DNA of 64,000 nucleotides from Mobula hypostoma (lineage: Eukaryota), in NCBI RefSeq assembly GCF_963921235.1, contig NC_086097.1, forward strand, positions 217,560,001 through 217,624,000, read 5' to 3'. This document shows, in pieces, positions 24,790 through 37,790 of this stretch. A program made the translations under genes and the position numbers. Positions within the stretch are counted from its first letter, which is position 1. Each line of letters begins with the position of its first letter. The notes under the pieces were generated by a model that worked only from the letters and a program-made list of their open reading frames with translations, was not told the DNA's origin and ran no database searches.

Positions 24790-26307
24790 AGTATTAAGTT
24801 GGATATGTCACCGGGACCCGATATATCCCAGGCTACTGTGAGAGGTGAGGGAGGAGATTGCTGAGCCTCTGGCAATAATCTTTGCATCATCAATGGGGAC
24901 AGGAGAGGTTCTGGAGGATTGGAGGTTTGCAGAGGTTGTTTCCTTATTCAAGAAAGGGAGTAGAGATAGCCCAGGAAATTATAGACCAGTGAGTCTTACT
25001 TCAGGAGTTGGTAAGATCCTGAGAGGCAGCATTTGGAGAGGCATAATATGATTAGGAATAGTCAGCATGGCTTTGTCAAAGGCAGGTCATGCCTTATGAG
25101 CCTAAATGAATTTTCTGAGGATGTGACTAAACACATTGATGAAAGAGGAGTAGATGTAGTGTATATGGATTTCAGCAAAGTATTTGAAAAGGTACCCCAT
25201 GCAAGGCTTATTGAGAAAATAAGGAGGCATGGAATCCAAGGGGATCTTGCTTTGTGTATTCTGAATTGGCTTGCCCACAGAAGGCAAAGAGTGGTTATAG
25301 ACGGGCCATATTCTACATGGAGGTTGGTGACCAGTGGTGTTCCTCAGGGATCTGTTCTGGGACCCATTCTCTTCTTCATTTTTATAAATGATCTGGATAA
25401 AGAAGTGGAGTGATGGGTTAGTAAATTTGCTATGACACAAAGGTTAGGGGTGTTGTGGATAGTGTGGGGGGCTGTCAGAGGTTACAGCAGGACATTGATA
25501 GGATACAAAACTGGGCTGGGAAGTGGCAGATGGAGTTCAACCCAGATATGTGTGAGGTGGTTCATTTTGGTAGGTCAAATATGATGGCAGAATATAGTAT
25601 TAATGGTAAGACCCTTGGCAGTGTGGAGGATCAGAGGGATCTTGGGGTGCATGTCCATAGGACACTCAAACATGCTGCGCAGGTTGACTGTGTTTAAGAA
25701 GGCATACGGTGTATTGGCCTTCACCAACCATAGGATTGAGTTCAACAGCTGAGAGGTAATGTTACAGCTGTATAGGACCCTAGTCAGACCCCACTTAGAG
25801 TACTGTGCTCAGTTCTGGTCACCTCACTACAGGAAGTATGTGGAAACTATAGAAAGGGTGCAGAGGAGATTTACAAGGATGTTGCCTGGATTGGGGAGCA
25901 TGCCTTATGAGAATAGGTTTAGTGAACTAGGCCTTTTCTCCTTGGAGCAACAGAGGATGAGAGGTGACCTGATAGAGGTGTATAAGATGATGAGAGGCAT
26001 TGATCGTGTGGCTTTTTCCCAGGGCTGAAATGGCTAACACGAGAGGGCACAGTTTTAAGGTGCTTGGACATTAAGTACAGAGGAGATGTCAGGGTTAAGT
26101 TTTTTACGCAGAGAGTGGTGAGTGCATGGAATGGGCTGCTGGCGACTGCGGTGGAGATGGATACAATAGGATCTTTTAAGAGGCTCCTGGATAGGTGCAT
26201 GGAGCTTAGAAAAATAGAGGGCTATGGGTAACCCTAGGTAATTTCTAAAGTGAGCACATGTAAAGTAAGGCCTGTATTGTGCTGTAGGTTTTCTATGTTT
26301 CTATGTT
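24790..26307 (+). mobile_element. CR1 LINE, 5'-truncated, same subfamily as 13903-18110
   Basis: [57 protein letters not shown]; (TTCTATGT)n tail. Confidence 0.92.
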
Positions 26308-27720
26308 TGACCCGAGTTTTTCAAATGCTTATAAATCCTATCCCTAAGAATTCTCTCCAGTAACTTCTCTACTACTGACTTGAGACTCACCAGTCTGGAG
26401 TGTCCAGTATTATCCCTTGTTCCTTTTTCAAATGATAGAATAACATTAGCTACTTGTCAGTCCTCTGGGATGCTGCCTGTGGCTGGAGAGGACATGAAGA
26501 TATTAGTCAAGGCCCCAATAATCTCTTCCCTTTCCTGTCTCGAAAAGCTGGGGTATATCCCCTCAGAACCTGGGAACTTATCTGCCTTAATGCTCTTTAA
26601 CTCCTCCTCTACAAAATATCCTAGCATATCAATATGCTCAGCATTATTGCCCATGTCCGTCTCCTTGGTAAATACTGATGTAAAGTACTCATTAAGAACC
26701 TCACCCGCATCATCTGCATCGAAGCAAATGTTCTTCCCTTTATCTTTGAGTGCTACTACCTTCTCCCTAGTTATCCTCTTGCTCTTGATGTACTGTATAA
26801 TCAGAATGCCTTGGTATTCTCTTTAATCCTACTTGCCAAGGACTTTTCATGACCCGTCCTGGCTCTCCTAATTACTTGCTTGAGTTCTTTTCTGGCTTCT
26901 TTATCCCCAAGGGCTCTGTTTGATTCTAGCTTCCTAAGCTTTACATACTTTTCCTTTTTCCTTCTTGACTAAATTCATCACCTTTCTCAACATTCAAGGT
27001 TCGCTTGCCATTTTTGTCCTTTCTTCTTACTGGGACGTAACCGTCCCGTACTCTGTGCAGTTGGTTGGTCTTTAAACACCCTCCACATGTCAGATGTGAA
27101 CTTGCCCAAAAACAGTTGTTCCCAACTAACTCTCCCTTGTTCCTGCCTAATGCTCTCATAATTTGCCCTACTCCATTTTAATATTCTCCCACAAGGTTCA
27201 TGTTTATCCTTATATATCCTTAGCTATCTTGAGACTTAAGGAGTTGTAATCTCTGTTCACCCACTGAAAGGTCAGACACCTGGCCAGGCTCATTACCAAA
27301 CACCAGGTCCAGTACAGTCCCTTCTCTTGTTGGACTATTGACACAGTGATTTAAGAAACCTTCTTGGATGCACCTAACAAATTCTGCCCCTTCTAAACGG
27401 CTTGCACTGGGAAGGTCCCAGATTATATTAAGGAAGTTGAAGTCCTCCATGACAGAAATCCTATTGTTTTTACACCTTTCCTTACTCTGCCTGCATATCT
27501 GTTCCTCAATGTCCTGGTGGTTATTGGGAATCTGTAGCACAATCCCATCGGAGTGATTGCATCCTTCGTATTTTTGAGTTCTACTCATATAGACTCATTA
27601 GGTGAGCCCTCCATTATGCCCCCTTTGAGGGCAGCGGTGATATCGTCCCTGATTAGTAGTGCAATACCCCACCTCTTCTAACTGCCTTACTACACTTTTT
27701 AAAACATTGAAAACCTGGGA

Positions 27721-27990
27721 TATTATACTACTTTATACTGTATAAACAATTAATACTAGAATCTACAATCATCACAGCGATATTTGATTCTGCGCTTCAC
27801 ACTCCCTGGATTACAAATATTAAATATTAAAATATTTAAAATAGTTAAAATTAGTAAATATTAAGAATTTAAATTATAAATCATAAATAGAAAATAGAAA
27901 AATGGGAACTAAGGTAGTGCAAAAAAACCGAGAAGCAGGTCCGGATATTTAGAGGGTACGGCCCAGGTCTGGGTCAGAATCCGTTCAGCA
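27721..27990 (-). mobile_element. Probable Rex1/Babar 3' UTR fragment
   Basis: Interrupts the CR1; reverse complement begins TGCTGAACGG and ends in an AT-rich tail. Confidence 0.5.
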
Positions 27991-28091
27991 CCCATTAAGC
28001 ACCCATTCCTGTCCCTCTCTCATCAAATCTCTGTAATGGCCACTACATTATGGTTCCATCTTCTAAGTTCATCACCTTTACACATTACACT

Positions 28092-29317
28092 GGTGGTGGT
28101 GGTGGCATCCGTTAGTCTAGCGAGACCATGGATCTGCGCCTGGAAAGTCTTGCTTCAGTCTGTGTTAGAGCGTGTCTGTTGTGGCTGTAGAGGCCCACAC
28201 GGGAGTGACAGTCTTGGCTGCAGCGACTGCACTTGAAGACGCTATCCTCCAGTGTTGTCTCGGTGCTGTTTTCCTGATGAGTGCGCTTTTCTTCAGCAGC
28301 AAGCCTCAGCTTCTCTTCTCCTCTTTTTAGACCTCTGCGTAGTTCCAGCCTCCAGTGAGAGTGATCGCTTGCAATGTCCTCCCACCTCTTGATGTTCATT
28401 TTCAGTGACTTCATGTCTCTCTTGCAAACATCTTTGAAACGAAGATGGGGCTGCCCTTGTGCTCTCTTGCCGGAGGCCAATTCCCTGTACAGCAGGTCTT
28501 TCGGGATCCCCCATCTGACATGTTGTGTACGTGGCCCAGCCAGCGGAGATGGCGTTGTTGGAGCAGGGTGAAGAGGCTGGGTATCTGGGTGCGGGCCAGG
28601 ACCTCATTGTCGGTGACTCGGTCAGTCCACTTAATATCCAGAATGCGTCTCAGGCTGCCAAGGTGGAAAGTGTTGAGACGCTGCTCTTGTCTGGAGTAGA
28701 GCCTCCAGGTCTCGCTGCCGTAAAGCAGTGTGCTGAGGACGCTGGCCCTGTAGACTGCAACCTTGGTGTGCGTCGTCAGCTTTCTGTTCTCCCAGACTCC
28801 CTTTGTCAGCCTGGCGAATGTTGAGGCTGCTCATCCGATCTGTCTGTTGATCTCGGGGTCTAGGGGGAGGCTGTCCGTGATGGTGGAGCCAAGGTATGTA
28901 AACTTGTGAACTACCTCCAGCTCGTAGTTGTTGATGGTAATGGCAGGCTCAATGCCTTGGCCCAACACGTTGGTTTTCTTCGGGCTGATGGTCAAGCTGA
29001 AGTCCTGGCAAGCTCTTGAGAAGCTGACCATGAGGCGTTGCAGTTGCTCTTCAGAGTGTGTTGCCAGTGCCGCATCATCTGCAAACAACATGTCCCTGAT
29101 GAGCACTTCACGTACCTTGGTTTTTTCCCTCAGCCGGGACAGACTGAACAGCCTCCCATCCGATCTGGTGTGGAGGTAGGCACCATCGGTTGATGTTCCA
29201 AAGGTGTGCTTCAGCATGACTGCGAAGAAGGTGCCAAACAGGGTGGGGGCAAGCACACAGCCCTGCTTCACACCGCTGCGGGTGTTGAAGGCCTCCGAAG
29301 AAGAGCCGTTCAGTTCG
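28092..29317 (-). mobile_element. RTE-clade LINE, 5'-truncated
   Basis: GVKQGCVLAPTLF, DMLFADDAAL, KFTYLGS, RFKDVCKRDMK, C-terminal CSRCSQDCHSRVGLYSH; (CCA)n tail; ~12-bp TSD ACACATTACACT (28080-28091) / ACACATAACACT (29318-29329). Confidence 0.92.
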
Positions 29318-30286
29318 ACACATAACACTACTAGCATTAAAATACACACATTTCAAACTATCTGTCCCATATCTTTTGCTCCCACCTGTTTTTACTGGCC
29401 CTGACATCCACCATCCTCTCCATCCCTCCACTTTCTGATCTGGTGCTCTGGATCCCACCCCCCTGCAAACTAGTTTAACCCTTCCTGAGTAGCACTACCA
29501 ACCTTACAGGCCAGGATATTGGTTCCTTTCCAGTTTAGGTGCAACCCATCCCTCTTGTACAGGTTACTCCCACCACAGAAAAGGCTCCAAATATCCAAGC
29601 ACCTGAAACCCTGTTCCCTGCACCAGTTCCTCAACCACTTATTCATCTGTATTATCATCCTCTTCCTGTCCTGACTAACACATGGCACTGGGAGTATTAC
29701 AGAGATTAGTCAATATCTCACTGTATTTTCAACAAAGCCCTCTGTGATCCTAAATCAGAAGCCCTAACTGTTGAGAAAAAACCTTAAATATAGTGATGAG
29801 CCAACCAGCTCTGCACTACTGATACCTATGAATACTCCCCCACCTTCTCTGCAACATAAAACAATCCATTTTTGTCTCTACTTGCAATTCTAATGAAGGG
29901 CCTTCAACCGAAAAAGCTAGCACCTTTCCTGTGCAAAGATGCTGCCTGATCTGCTGTTTCCAACAGTTTCTTTCATATCTTTATGGTTATTTTAAATAGC
30001 TTCATTATTTTAATTATCAGGCTAATGGTACAAATATAAATGGTTAAAGCAGAATTTTAAACAGAATTAAGCAGTTTCAATTGTGTTTTCCTTTCATTTT
30101 CCCCTCCCTTACTGGAAGTATGAGTCTGCATTATGTAGTCCTTGATTTGCATGTATAGTCTTCTAGTTTAGAACCATCAATACTGCTAGGCAGTACTGAC
30201 ACTTAATGGAATTATCTAGTGATTTAAAGAAAAACAAATTGTTAAATGAAATTCTTCCACAAATAACTTCATCTGGTCTTTTCAAG

Positions 30287-30482
30287 GTTAATGTTGTGCT
30301 AAAGTTGACACACTTGCCTCCATTACCAAGTTACTCACTTAGCCTTTGTCAGTTCCCCCGTGGATACCAGCTGCTGAGGTATTATAAGGTAGAGGGAGTG
30401 GTTATTGCAATGACAACTGTAACAAAGTACACACAAGGTGCAAGATTCCTTTGTTCTGAATCAAGCTGCCCCTTTTCAACAG
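30287..30482 (+). CDS. MCMDC2: MCMDC2 coding exon 4
   Basis: ttcaag|VNVVLKLTHLPPLPSYSLSLCQFPRGYQLLRYYKVEGVVIAMTTVTKYTQGARFLCSESSCPFST+G|gtaaga; 196 nt; first half of the MCM zinc finger. Confidence 0.96.
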
Positions 30483-30559
30483 GTAAGAAAAATGATCAAT
30501 AGGAATTTAATAAAAGCTTGTGTTTTAATGTGTTATTTTTATTTATTTATGCCACTTAA

Positions 30560-33240
30560 AGATCTCAGTGAAGACTGGCTGGTGTGTTCACTGAGATCCT
30601 TAACCTTTCACTTCGGCAATCTGAAGTACCCACCTGTTTCAGGCAGGCTTCAATGATACTGGTACCTAAGAAGAATTTGGTAACCTGTTTCAATGACTAT
30701 TATCAGTAGCACTTACATCCACAGTGGGAGGTGGTGATGAAACATATCAACGGGGAAACCGCCAAGATAGGACTGCTGAGGTTTTCAAGGCAGAGGAGGT
30801 GGAATATACTTTGTGATTAACTTCCCATGGCATACAAACGTGGCGGTTCTATCCCAGTCCTGCTCACCTGACCTGTAACATCTAGCGATCGAGTGTCATC
30901 CATTTTTTCTGCCGCGGGAGTTTTCAGCCATCATCTTGGTAATGGTGTATCTTCTGCCTCAGGCTTGTATCAGACAGACTCTAGACAAACAGGGTGACAT
31001 AATCAACAGGCACGAAACAGTGCATCCTGATGCCTTCCTTATCATTTTGGGGGATTTTAACTAGGCCATCTTGAAAAAGTCCCTCAATAATTATCACTAG
31101 CATATCACTTGTGGAACTAGAGGAGCCAACACACTGGACCATGTTACACTACCATCAAGAAGGCCCACACTTCAGAAAGTCTGATCACCTGACTGTACTT
31201 CTACTCCCTGAATATAGGCAGAGACTGACACCATTAGGGAGGACCAAGAAAGTATGGAAAAAGGAGGTAGAGGAGCACCTACAGGACTTATTTAAGTCAG
31301 TGGACTGGACAGTATTCAGGGATTCATCTTCAAGTCTGAATGAATATGCCACAATTGTCATTGCCTTCATTAAAGCCTGCTTGGATGAATATGTGTCTAC
31401 GACAACTTGCTGTAATACCCGATTCAAATGCCATGGATGAACCAGGAGATTCATAGTCTGCTGAGGAGTAGATCCATGGCATTCAGGTCTGGTAATCCGG
31501 GACTATACAAGAAAGGCCAGGTACGACGTACAGAGGGCTAGCCCAGAGCAAAAGAACAATTCTGATTGAGGTTAGAAGTGGAATCTGATGCACGTCAACT
31601 TTGGCAGGATTTACGGGCCATTACTTCCTACAAAGTAAAGCCTAACATCACCCCCAGATGAGCTCAACGCTATTTATGCACACTTCGAAAGGGAGAATAA
31701 AACTACAGCTATGAGGATCCCTGCAGCATCTGGTGACCCTGTGATCTCTGTCTCAGAGACTAACATCAGAATATCTTTCAAGAGTATGAACAATTGCGAT
31801 ACATCAGGCCCCAATGGCATACTTGGTAGGGCTCTGAAAACCTGTGCCAACCAATTGGCAGGTGTGTTCAAAGACATTTTCAATATCTCATTGCTACAGT
31901 CGGAAGTTCCAACCTGCTTCAAAAAGGCAACAATCATACAAGTGCCCAAGCAGAGCAGAGTGAGCTGCTTTATTGACTTATCACTAATACTCATGTCAGG
32001 CTGCTGTTCATTGACTACAGCTCCGTGTTTAACACAATCATTCCTACAGTTCTGATTAAAAAGCTACAAAATCTGGGCCTCTGTACCTCCCTCTGCAACT
32101 GGATCCTCTGCTTCCTTACCAGAAGACTTTAGTCTGTGTGAATCGGAAATAACATCCTCATCTCACTGATAATCAACGCTGGCACACCTGAAGGATGTGT
32201 GCTTATCCCACTGCTCTACTCTCTCTACACCCATGACTGTGTGGCTAGGCACTGCTCAAATGCCATCTTTAAATTTGCTGATAACACAACTATTGTTGGC
32301 AGAATTTCAGATGGTGACGAGGAGGTGTACAGGAGCGAGATAGATCAGCTAGTTGAGTGATGTCACAGCATCAACCTTGCACTCAATGTCACTAAGACCA
32401 AAGAATCGATTATGGAGAAAGAGTAAGATGTTAGCACACACGCCAGTCCTTAATGATAGATCAGTAGTGGAAAAGCTGAGCAATTCCAAGTTCCTGAGTG
32501 TCAGCATCTCTCAGGATCTATCCTGGGCCCAGCATATTAATGCAGTTATAAAGAAAACACAACAACGGCTATGTTTCATTCAGATTTTGAGGAGATTTGG
32601 TATGTCACTAAAGGCATTCACAAATTTCTACATGTGTACCATGGAGAGCGTTCCAACTGGCTACATCACCGTCTGGTGGGGGGTTGGGGATAACCACAGG
32701 AAGTTCTGAATTCATTCAGCTCCATCATGGGCACTAGCCTCTCCAGCATCCAGGACATCTTCAAGGAGTGAAGCTTCAAAAAGGCCGCATTCGTCATCAA
32801 GGACCCCCATTACCCAGGACATGCCCTTTTCTCGTTGCTACCACTAGGGTGGAGGTACAGGGAGCCTGAAGGCATACACTCTACAATTCAGCTTCTTCCT
32901 CTCTACCATCAAATTTCCATCCAACCCAGGAACACTACACACTACCTTTTAGACTATTTATTTAATATAACATTTTTAATATACTGTACACACACACACA
33001 CACACTGTAAATTACAGTGTATTTAATTCTGTGTCCTGATGTAGGGTCTCGGCCTGAGATGTCGACTGTACCTCTTCCTATAGATGCTGCCTGGCCTGCT
33101 GCGTTCACCAGCATTTTTTGTGTGTGTTGCTGTAAATTACAGTTTTGAATTATTATGTATTGCAATGTACTGCTGCTGCATAACAACAAATTTAATGACA
33201 GATGTTGGTGATATTAAATCTGATTTTTATTCTGATTCTG
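30560..33240 (+). mobile_element. Rex1/Babar LINE (APE+RT), decayed, with a pLTR SINE at ~33019-33129
   Basis: ILGDFN, KSDHLTVLLLP, LKTCANQLAGVFKDIFNISL, GCVLIPLLYSLYTHDC, KFADNTTIVGRISDGDE; tail ATTCTGATTCTGA. The SINE is flanked by 14-bp CTGTAAATTACAGT (33005-33018, 33130-33143). Confidence 0.9.
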
Positions 33241-33341
33241 AACATCTGCCCGAGAAGCGAATTGCTTCTGCTTCAGGTTGCCTACAACAGATCCACAGCA
33301 GATGCCATCTAATTGGCTCTTCACGCAATCCTGGAACATCT

Positions 33342-34755
33342 CATGTTGTTCCGTTGTTTAAAAAAGGATCGAAAAGTAATCTGGGAAATTATAGGCCAGT
33401 AAGTTTGACGTCGGTAGTGGGTAAGTTATTGGAGGGAGTACTAAGAGACAGAATCTACAAGCATTTGGATAGACAGGGACTTATTAGGGAGAGTCAACAT
33501 GGCTTTGTGCGTGGTAGGTCATGTTTGACCAATCTATTGGGGTTTTTCGAGGAGGTTACCAGGAAAGTGGGTGAAGGGAAGGCAGTGGATGTTGCCTACA
33601 TGGACTTCAGTAAGGCCTTTGACAAGGTCCCGCATGGGAGGTTAGGAAAATTCAGTCGCTAGGTATACATGGAGAGGTGGTAAATTGGATTAGACATGGG
33701 CTGAATGGAAGAAGCCAAAGAGTGGTAGTAGAGAATTGCTTCTCAGAGTGGAGGCCTGTGACTAGTGGTGTGCCACAGAGATCAGTGCTGGGTCCATTGT
33801 TATTTGTCATCTATATCAATGATCTGGATGATAATGTGGTAAATTGGATCAGCAAATTTGCTGATGATACAAAGATTGGAGGTGTAGTGGACAGTGAGGA
33901 AAGTTTTCAGAGCCTGCAGAGGGACTTGGACCAGTTGGAAAAATGGCTGAAAAATGACAGATGGAGTTTAATACAGACAAGTGTGAGGTATTGCACGTTG
34001 GAAGGACAAACCAAGGTAGAACATACAGAGTAAATGGTAAGGCACTGAGGAGTGCAGTAGAACAGAGGGATCTGGGAATACAGATACAAAATTCCCTAAA
34101 AGTGGCGTCGCAGGTAAATAGGGCCGTAAAGAGAGCTTTTGGTACATGGGCCTTTATTAATCAAAGTATTGAGTATAAGAGCTGGAATGTTATGATGAGG
34201 TTGTATAAGGCATTGGTGAGGCTGAATCTGGAGTATTGTGTTCAGTTTTGGTCACCAAATTACAGAAAGGATATTAATAAGGTTGAAAGAGTGCAGAGAA
34301 GGTTTACAAGGATGTTGCCGGGACTTGAGAAACTCAGTTACAGAGAAAGGTTGAATAGGTTAGGAATTTATTCCCTGGAGCGTAGAAGAATGAGGGGAGA
34401 TTTGATAGAGGTATATAAAATTATGATGGGATAGATGGGCTTTTTCCACTGAGGCAAGGGGAGAAAAAAACCAGAGGACATGGGTTAAGGGAGAGGGGGG
34501 AAAAGGAACATGGGGGGGAGGCTTCTTCACACAGAGAGTGGTGGGAGTATGGAATGAGCTGCCAGACAAGGTGGTAAATGCGGTTCTTTTTTAACATTTA
34601 AGAATAAATTGGACAGATACATGGATGGGAGGTGTATGGGGGGATATGGTCCGTGTGCAGGTCAGTGGGACTAGGCAGAAAATAGTTCAGCACAGCCAAG
34701 AAGGGCCAAAAGGCCTGTTTCTGTGCTGTAGTTTTTCTATGGTTTCTATAGTTTC
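33342..34755 (+). mobile_element. CR1 LINE, 5'-truncated
   Basis: VVPLFKKGSK..GNYRPVSLTSVVGK, YMDFSKAFDKVPH, KFADDTKIGG, NLEYCVQFWSP; TTCTATGG tail. Confidence 0.92.
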
Positions 34756-35408
34756 CATCTGGACAACAGAAGTGCATATATTGGGATGATATCTATTGAC
34801 TAGACCTCAGCATTCAATACCATCGTCCCCTCAAAACTATTCAATAAATTTCAAGACCTTGGCTTCAATACCTCCTTGTACAATTGGATGCTCGATTTCC
34901 TCACTTGTAGTCACCAGTCAGTTTGGATTGGCAACAACATCTCCTCCACAATTCCATGAGCACAGGTGCACACAAGGCTGTGTGCTTAGTCCCCTGCTCT
35001 ACTCGCTTTACACTTATGACTGTATGGCTAAGCACAGCTCCAATACCATATTCAAGTTTGCAGACACCATCACTGTCTTGAGCCAAATCAAAGGTGGTGA
35101 TGAATCAGCATACAGGAGGGAGATTGAAAATCTGGCTATGTGGTGCCATGACAACAACCTTTTACTCAATATCATCAAAACCAAGGAGATAATTATTGAC
35201 TTCAGGAGGAGGAAACCAGAAGTCCATGAGCCAGTCCTCATCTGAGGTGGAGAGAGTCAGTAACTTGAACTTCCTTGATGTTATTATTTATGTCCTGGGC
35301 CCAGCACATAAGTGCAATTATGAAGAAAGCACGGCGGCACCTCTAATTCCTTAGGAGTTTGCAAAGATTCAGCATGACATCTAAAACCTTGACCAACATC
35401 TATAGATG

Positions 35409-36130
35409 TGTAAGGGGTTTCTTCTTTTATGTTACTGCTAAGGCTAATAAAAATGGCCTCTTTGTTATGTTAGAATAGAATGGCTTCTTTATTATGTTAA
35501 CTGCTGAGAAAGTGCTTCTCTGTAGCAGCTTGTTTGGGTTATAATTACTGATAGAGAGATTTGTATTCATTTGCTAACCAATTGGGATAGATGTTATTCT
35601 TTCTTGTGGGTCTGTAAGCTATTGTTTTCACGGGCTTTGGGGCAGAAGGCGCGATGGGGACAGAGAGAGGAGATGTGATGCTGTAAGCTGGGCGACGGAA
35701 TGGATCCCAAGTGGGAGTCCGAGGCCCAGAGTCTTCGGCGAGGAGGGTAGGCGAGGACAGACTCGTTTGGAGCGTCTGGTCGACCACCGTGGTTGGTCTT
35801 AGGCGGCGGGTCGAGGAGGTCGGAGCGGATCGAATGGTGGAAAGAAGACGCCATTAATTGAGCTCCAATGGTTGTGCGCGAAGTGGTTGAACTCTGATAA
35901 GTTTGGCGCCTTTTACTTTCCTTTTATATTGTATCTCTATTAATTACATAGTTCCAGTAAGATAAAGTGTAATCATTTAATCGCATATGGTGTACTGTCT
36001 GTTATTTGGCAGGGTGGGGTACATCACACAGCATCTACACAAACTCGATTACAGAGTTTGGCGGGGCCGAAGGCTGCTCCCCCAAGACGAAAGCGAGCTG
36101 AGCGAGCCTGAGGCTTACCAGGGGGCTACA
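35409..36130. mobile_element. Solo LTR (722 bp) of an LTR retrotransposon or endogenous retrovirus
   Basis: TGTA...TACA termini, 4-bp TSD GATG (35405-35408, 36131-36134); removing it restores the Rex1 sequence TATAGATGTGTAGCGGAG. Confidence 0.88.
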
Positions 36131-37408
36131 GATGTGTAGCGGAGAATATATTGACTGGCTGCATCACATCCCGGAAACACCAATGCCCTTGAACAGAAAA
36201 TCCCACAAAAATAGTGGATATGGCCCAGTGCATCATGGGTAGAGCCTTCCCCACCATTGAGCATATCTACATGAAACACTGTGACAGCAAAGCAGCATCC
36301 ATCATCAGGGATCCCACCACCCAGGTCATGCTCTCTTCTCGCAGCTGTCATCATGACGAAGGTTCAGGAGTCTCAGGACTTACAGCACCAGGTACAGGAT
36401 CATCTGGCTCTTGAACCAAAGGGGATAACTTCACTCAGCTTCATTTGCCCCATCGTTGAAATGTTTTCACAACCAATGAGCTCACTTTCCAGGACTCTCC
36501 CTTTCATGTTCTCAATATTTTTTGTTTATTTATTTATTAGTATTATTTCTTTCATTTTCTATTTGCACAGCGTGTTGTCTTTTGCATGCTGGTTGAATGC
36601 CTAAGTTGATGCAGTCTTTCATTGATTCTATTATAGTTATTATTCTGTTATGGATTTATTGTGTATATCTGCAAGAAAGTGAATCTCAGGGTTGTATATG
36701 GTGACGTATATGTACTTTGATAATAAATTTACTTTGTATTTTGAACTTTACTACATATTTCTAATTATAATTTAACTTGTTAAATGGAGCATGATTCTAG
36801 AAATATTGAAATTAAACAGTAATATTTGACTTTTGCTTTATAAATAACCTATGGAGTTTTTTCTTTGTGTTTTATTTGTGCAAGCATTCTTAACCTTCCT
36901 TGGTTTTAAATTTTGTCTAACTTCCTGGATAGGTTGATGACATATATTACCATTGCCATGCTCTGAATGTACCACTTTTTAGACAACTTTAGAATATAAT
37001 GTACATTTGTAAAATGCTTATCACATCCTTAATCAATCATAGTTAATATGCAACCTTTAATTTGTTTTGAGACATCACTGCAATGAGTGCCATAAGATGC
37101 TACAAACAACAAAATACATAATTTCAAAGGGATTGGTTAATTTTTTTAAATGCCAGGATCTTCTCTCTTTAATACATTTGCTACCTCTAATCCAATCTGA
37201 TATTTGAATAAATAAATTTAAGCAGCCAGCCCTACTAAGATAATTTATTAGTACATAACTTTGATCTAAGATTGCTGAAGCGTTGTGCATTAATATGGGT
37301 CCTGGTTTAGTAAATGTATTTTGCACTAATGTTAAGAACTGATTAAAATCAACTCTGAATTCTGAAAGGGTATTGAATTAAAAACGTATAATGTCATTAA
37401 TATACCAG

Positions 37409-37531
37409 GCTTTCGGTATATTCGGGTGCATACTGTAGGTGCTACAGAATCAGCAACTGTGCGAAAGGACTTTACATGCACCTTGTGTAACTCCCCACTC
37501 AAGGAAGATGTGAAATTCAGAGTGCTAGGTG
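37409..37531 (+). CDS. MCMDC2: MCMDC2 coding exon 5
   Basis: taccag|(G)FRYIRVHTVGATESATVRKDFTCTLCNSPLKEDVKFRVLG+G|gtatgt; 123 nt; second CxxC of the zinc finger. Confidence 0.96.
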
Positions 37532-37684
37532 GTATGTACATAATTCAATATATTCCTAATTTCTTTCTGCATAAAATAATGACATTTTGTATATGTTAAT
37601 TACTAAGAGGCAATTCTAAGTCAACAGTGAAAGACTTTTAGTGTGTGAAGATGAATTACTGAACTTCTGTAAAATCTCTGTTTA

Positions 37685-37790
37685 ATAGTCATAGTCATAG
37701 TCGTACTTTATTGATCCCGGGGGAAATTGGTTTTTGTTACAGTTGCACCATAAAATAGTAATAATAATAGTAATAAAACCATAAATAGTG
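37685..37790 (-). repeat. Rex1-type 3' tail fragment with (GACTAT)n
   Basis: ATAGTCATAGTCATAGTCGTACTTTATTGATCCCGGGGGAAATTGG; near-identical fragment at ~44888-44935. Confidence 0.65.

Larger units (their letters stand above)
24340..29706 (-). mobile_element. Long decayed CR1 (minus strand) split by a younger CR1, a Rex tail and an RTE
   Basis: Minus-strand pieces at ~24340-24790, 26310-27720, 27990-28090 and 29318-29706 run RT, APE (EDFNF, LDLVFGNE) and ORF1 esterase (LYKRDGLHLN) in colinear order. Confidence 0.8.
33241..36750 (+). mobile_element. Second Rex1/Babar fragment hosting a CR1 (33342-34755) and a solo LTR
   Basis: RSTADAI...LEHL|DN.. is colinear across the CR1 (CATCT repeated at both junctions); QGCVLSPLLYSLYTYDC, KFADTITVL; tail ...AATAAATTTACTTTG. 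Confidence 0.85.
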
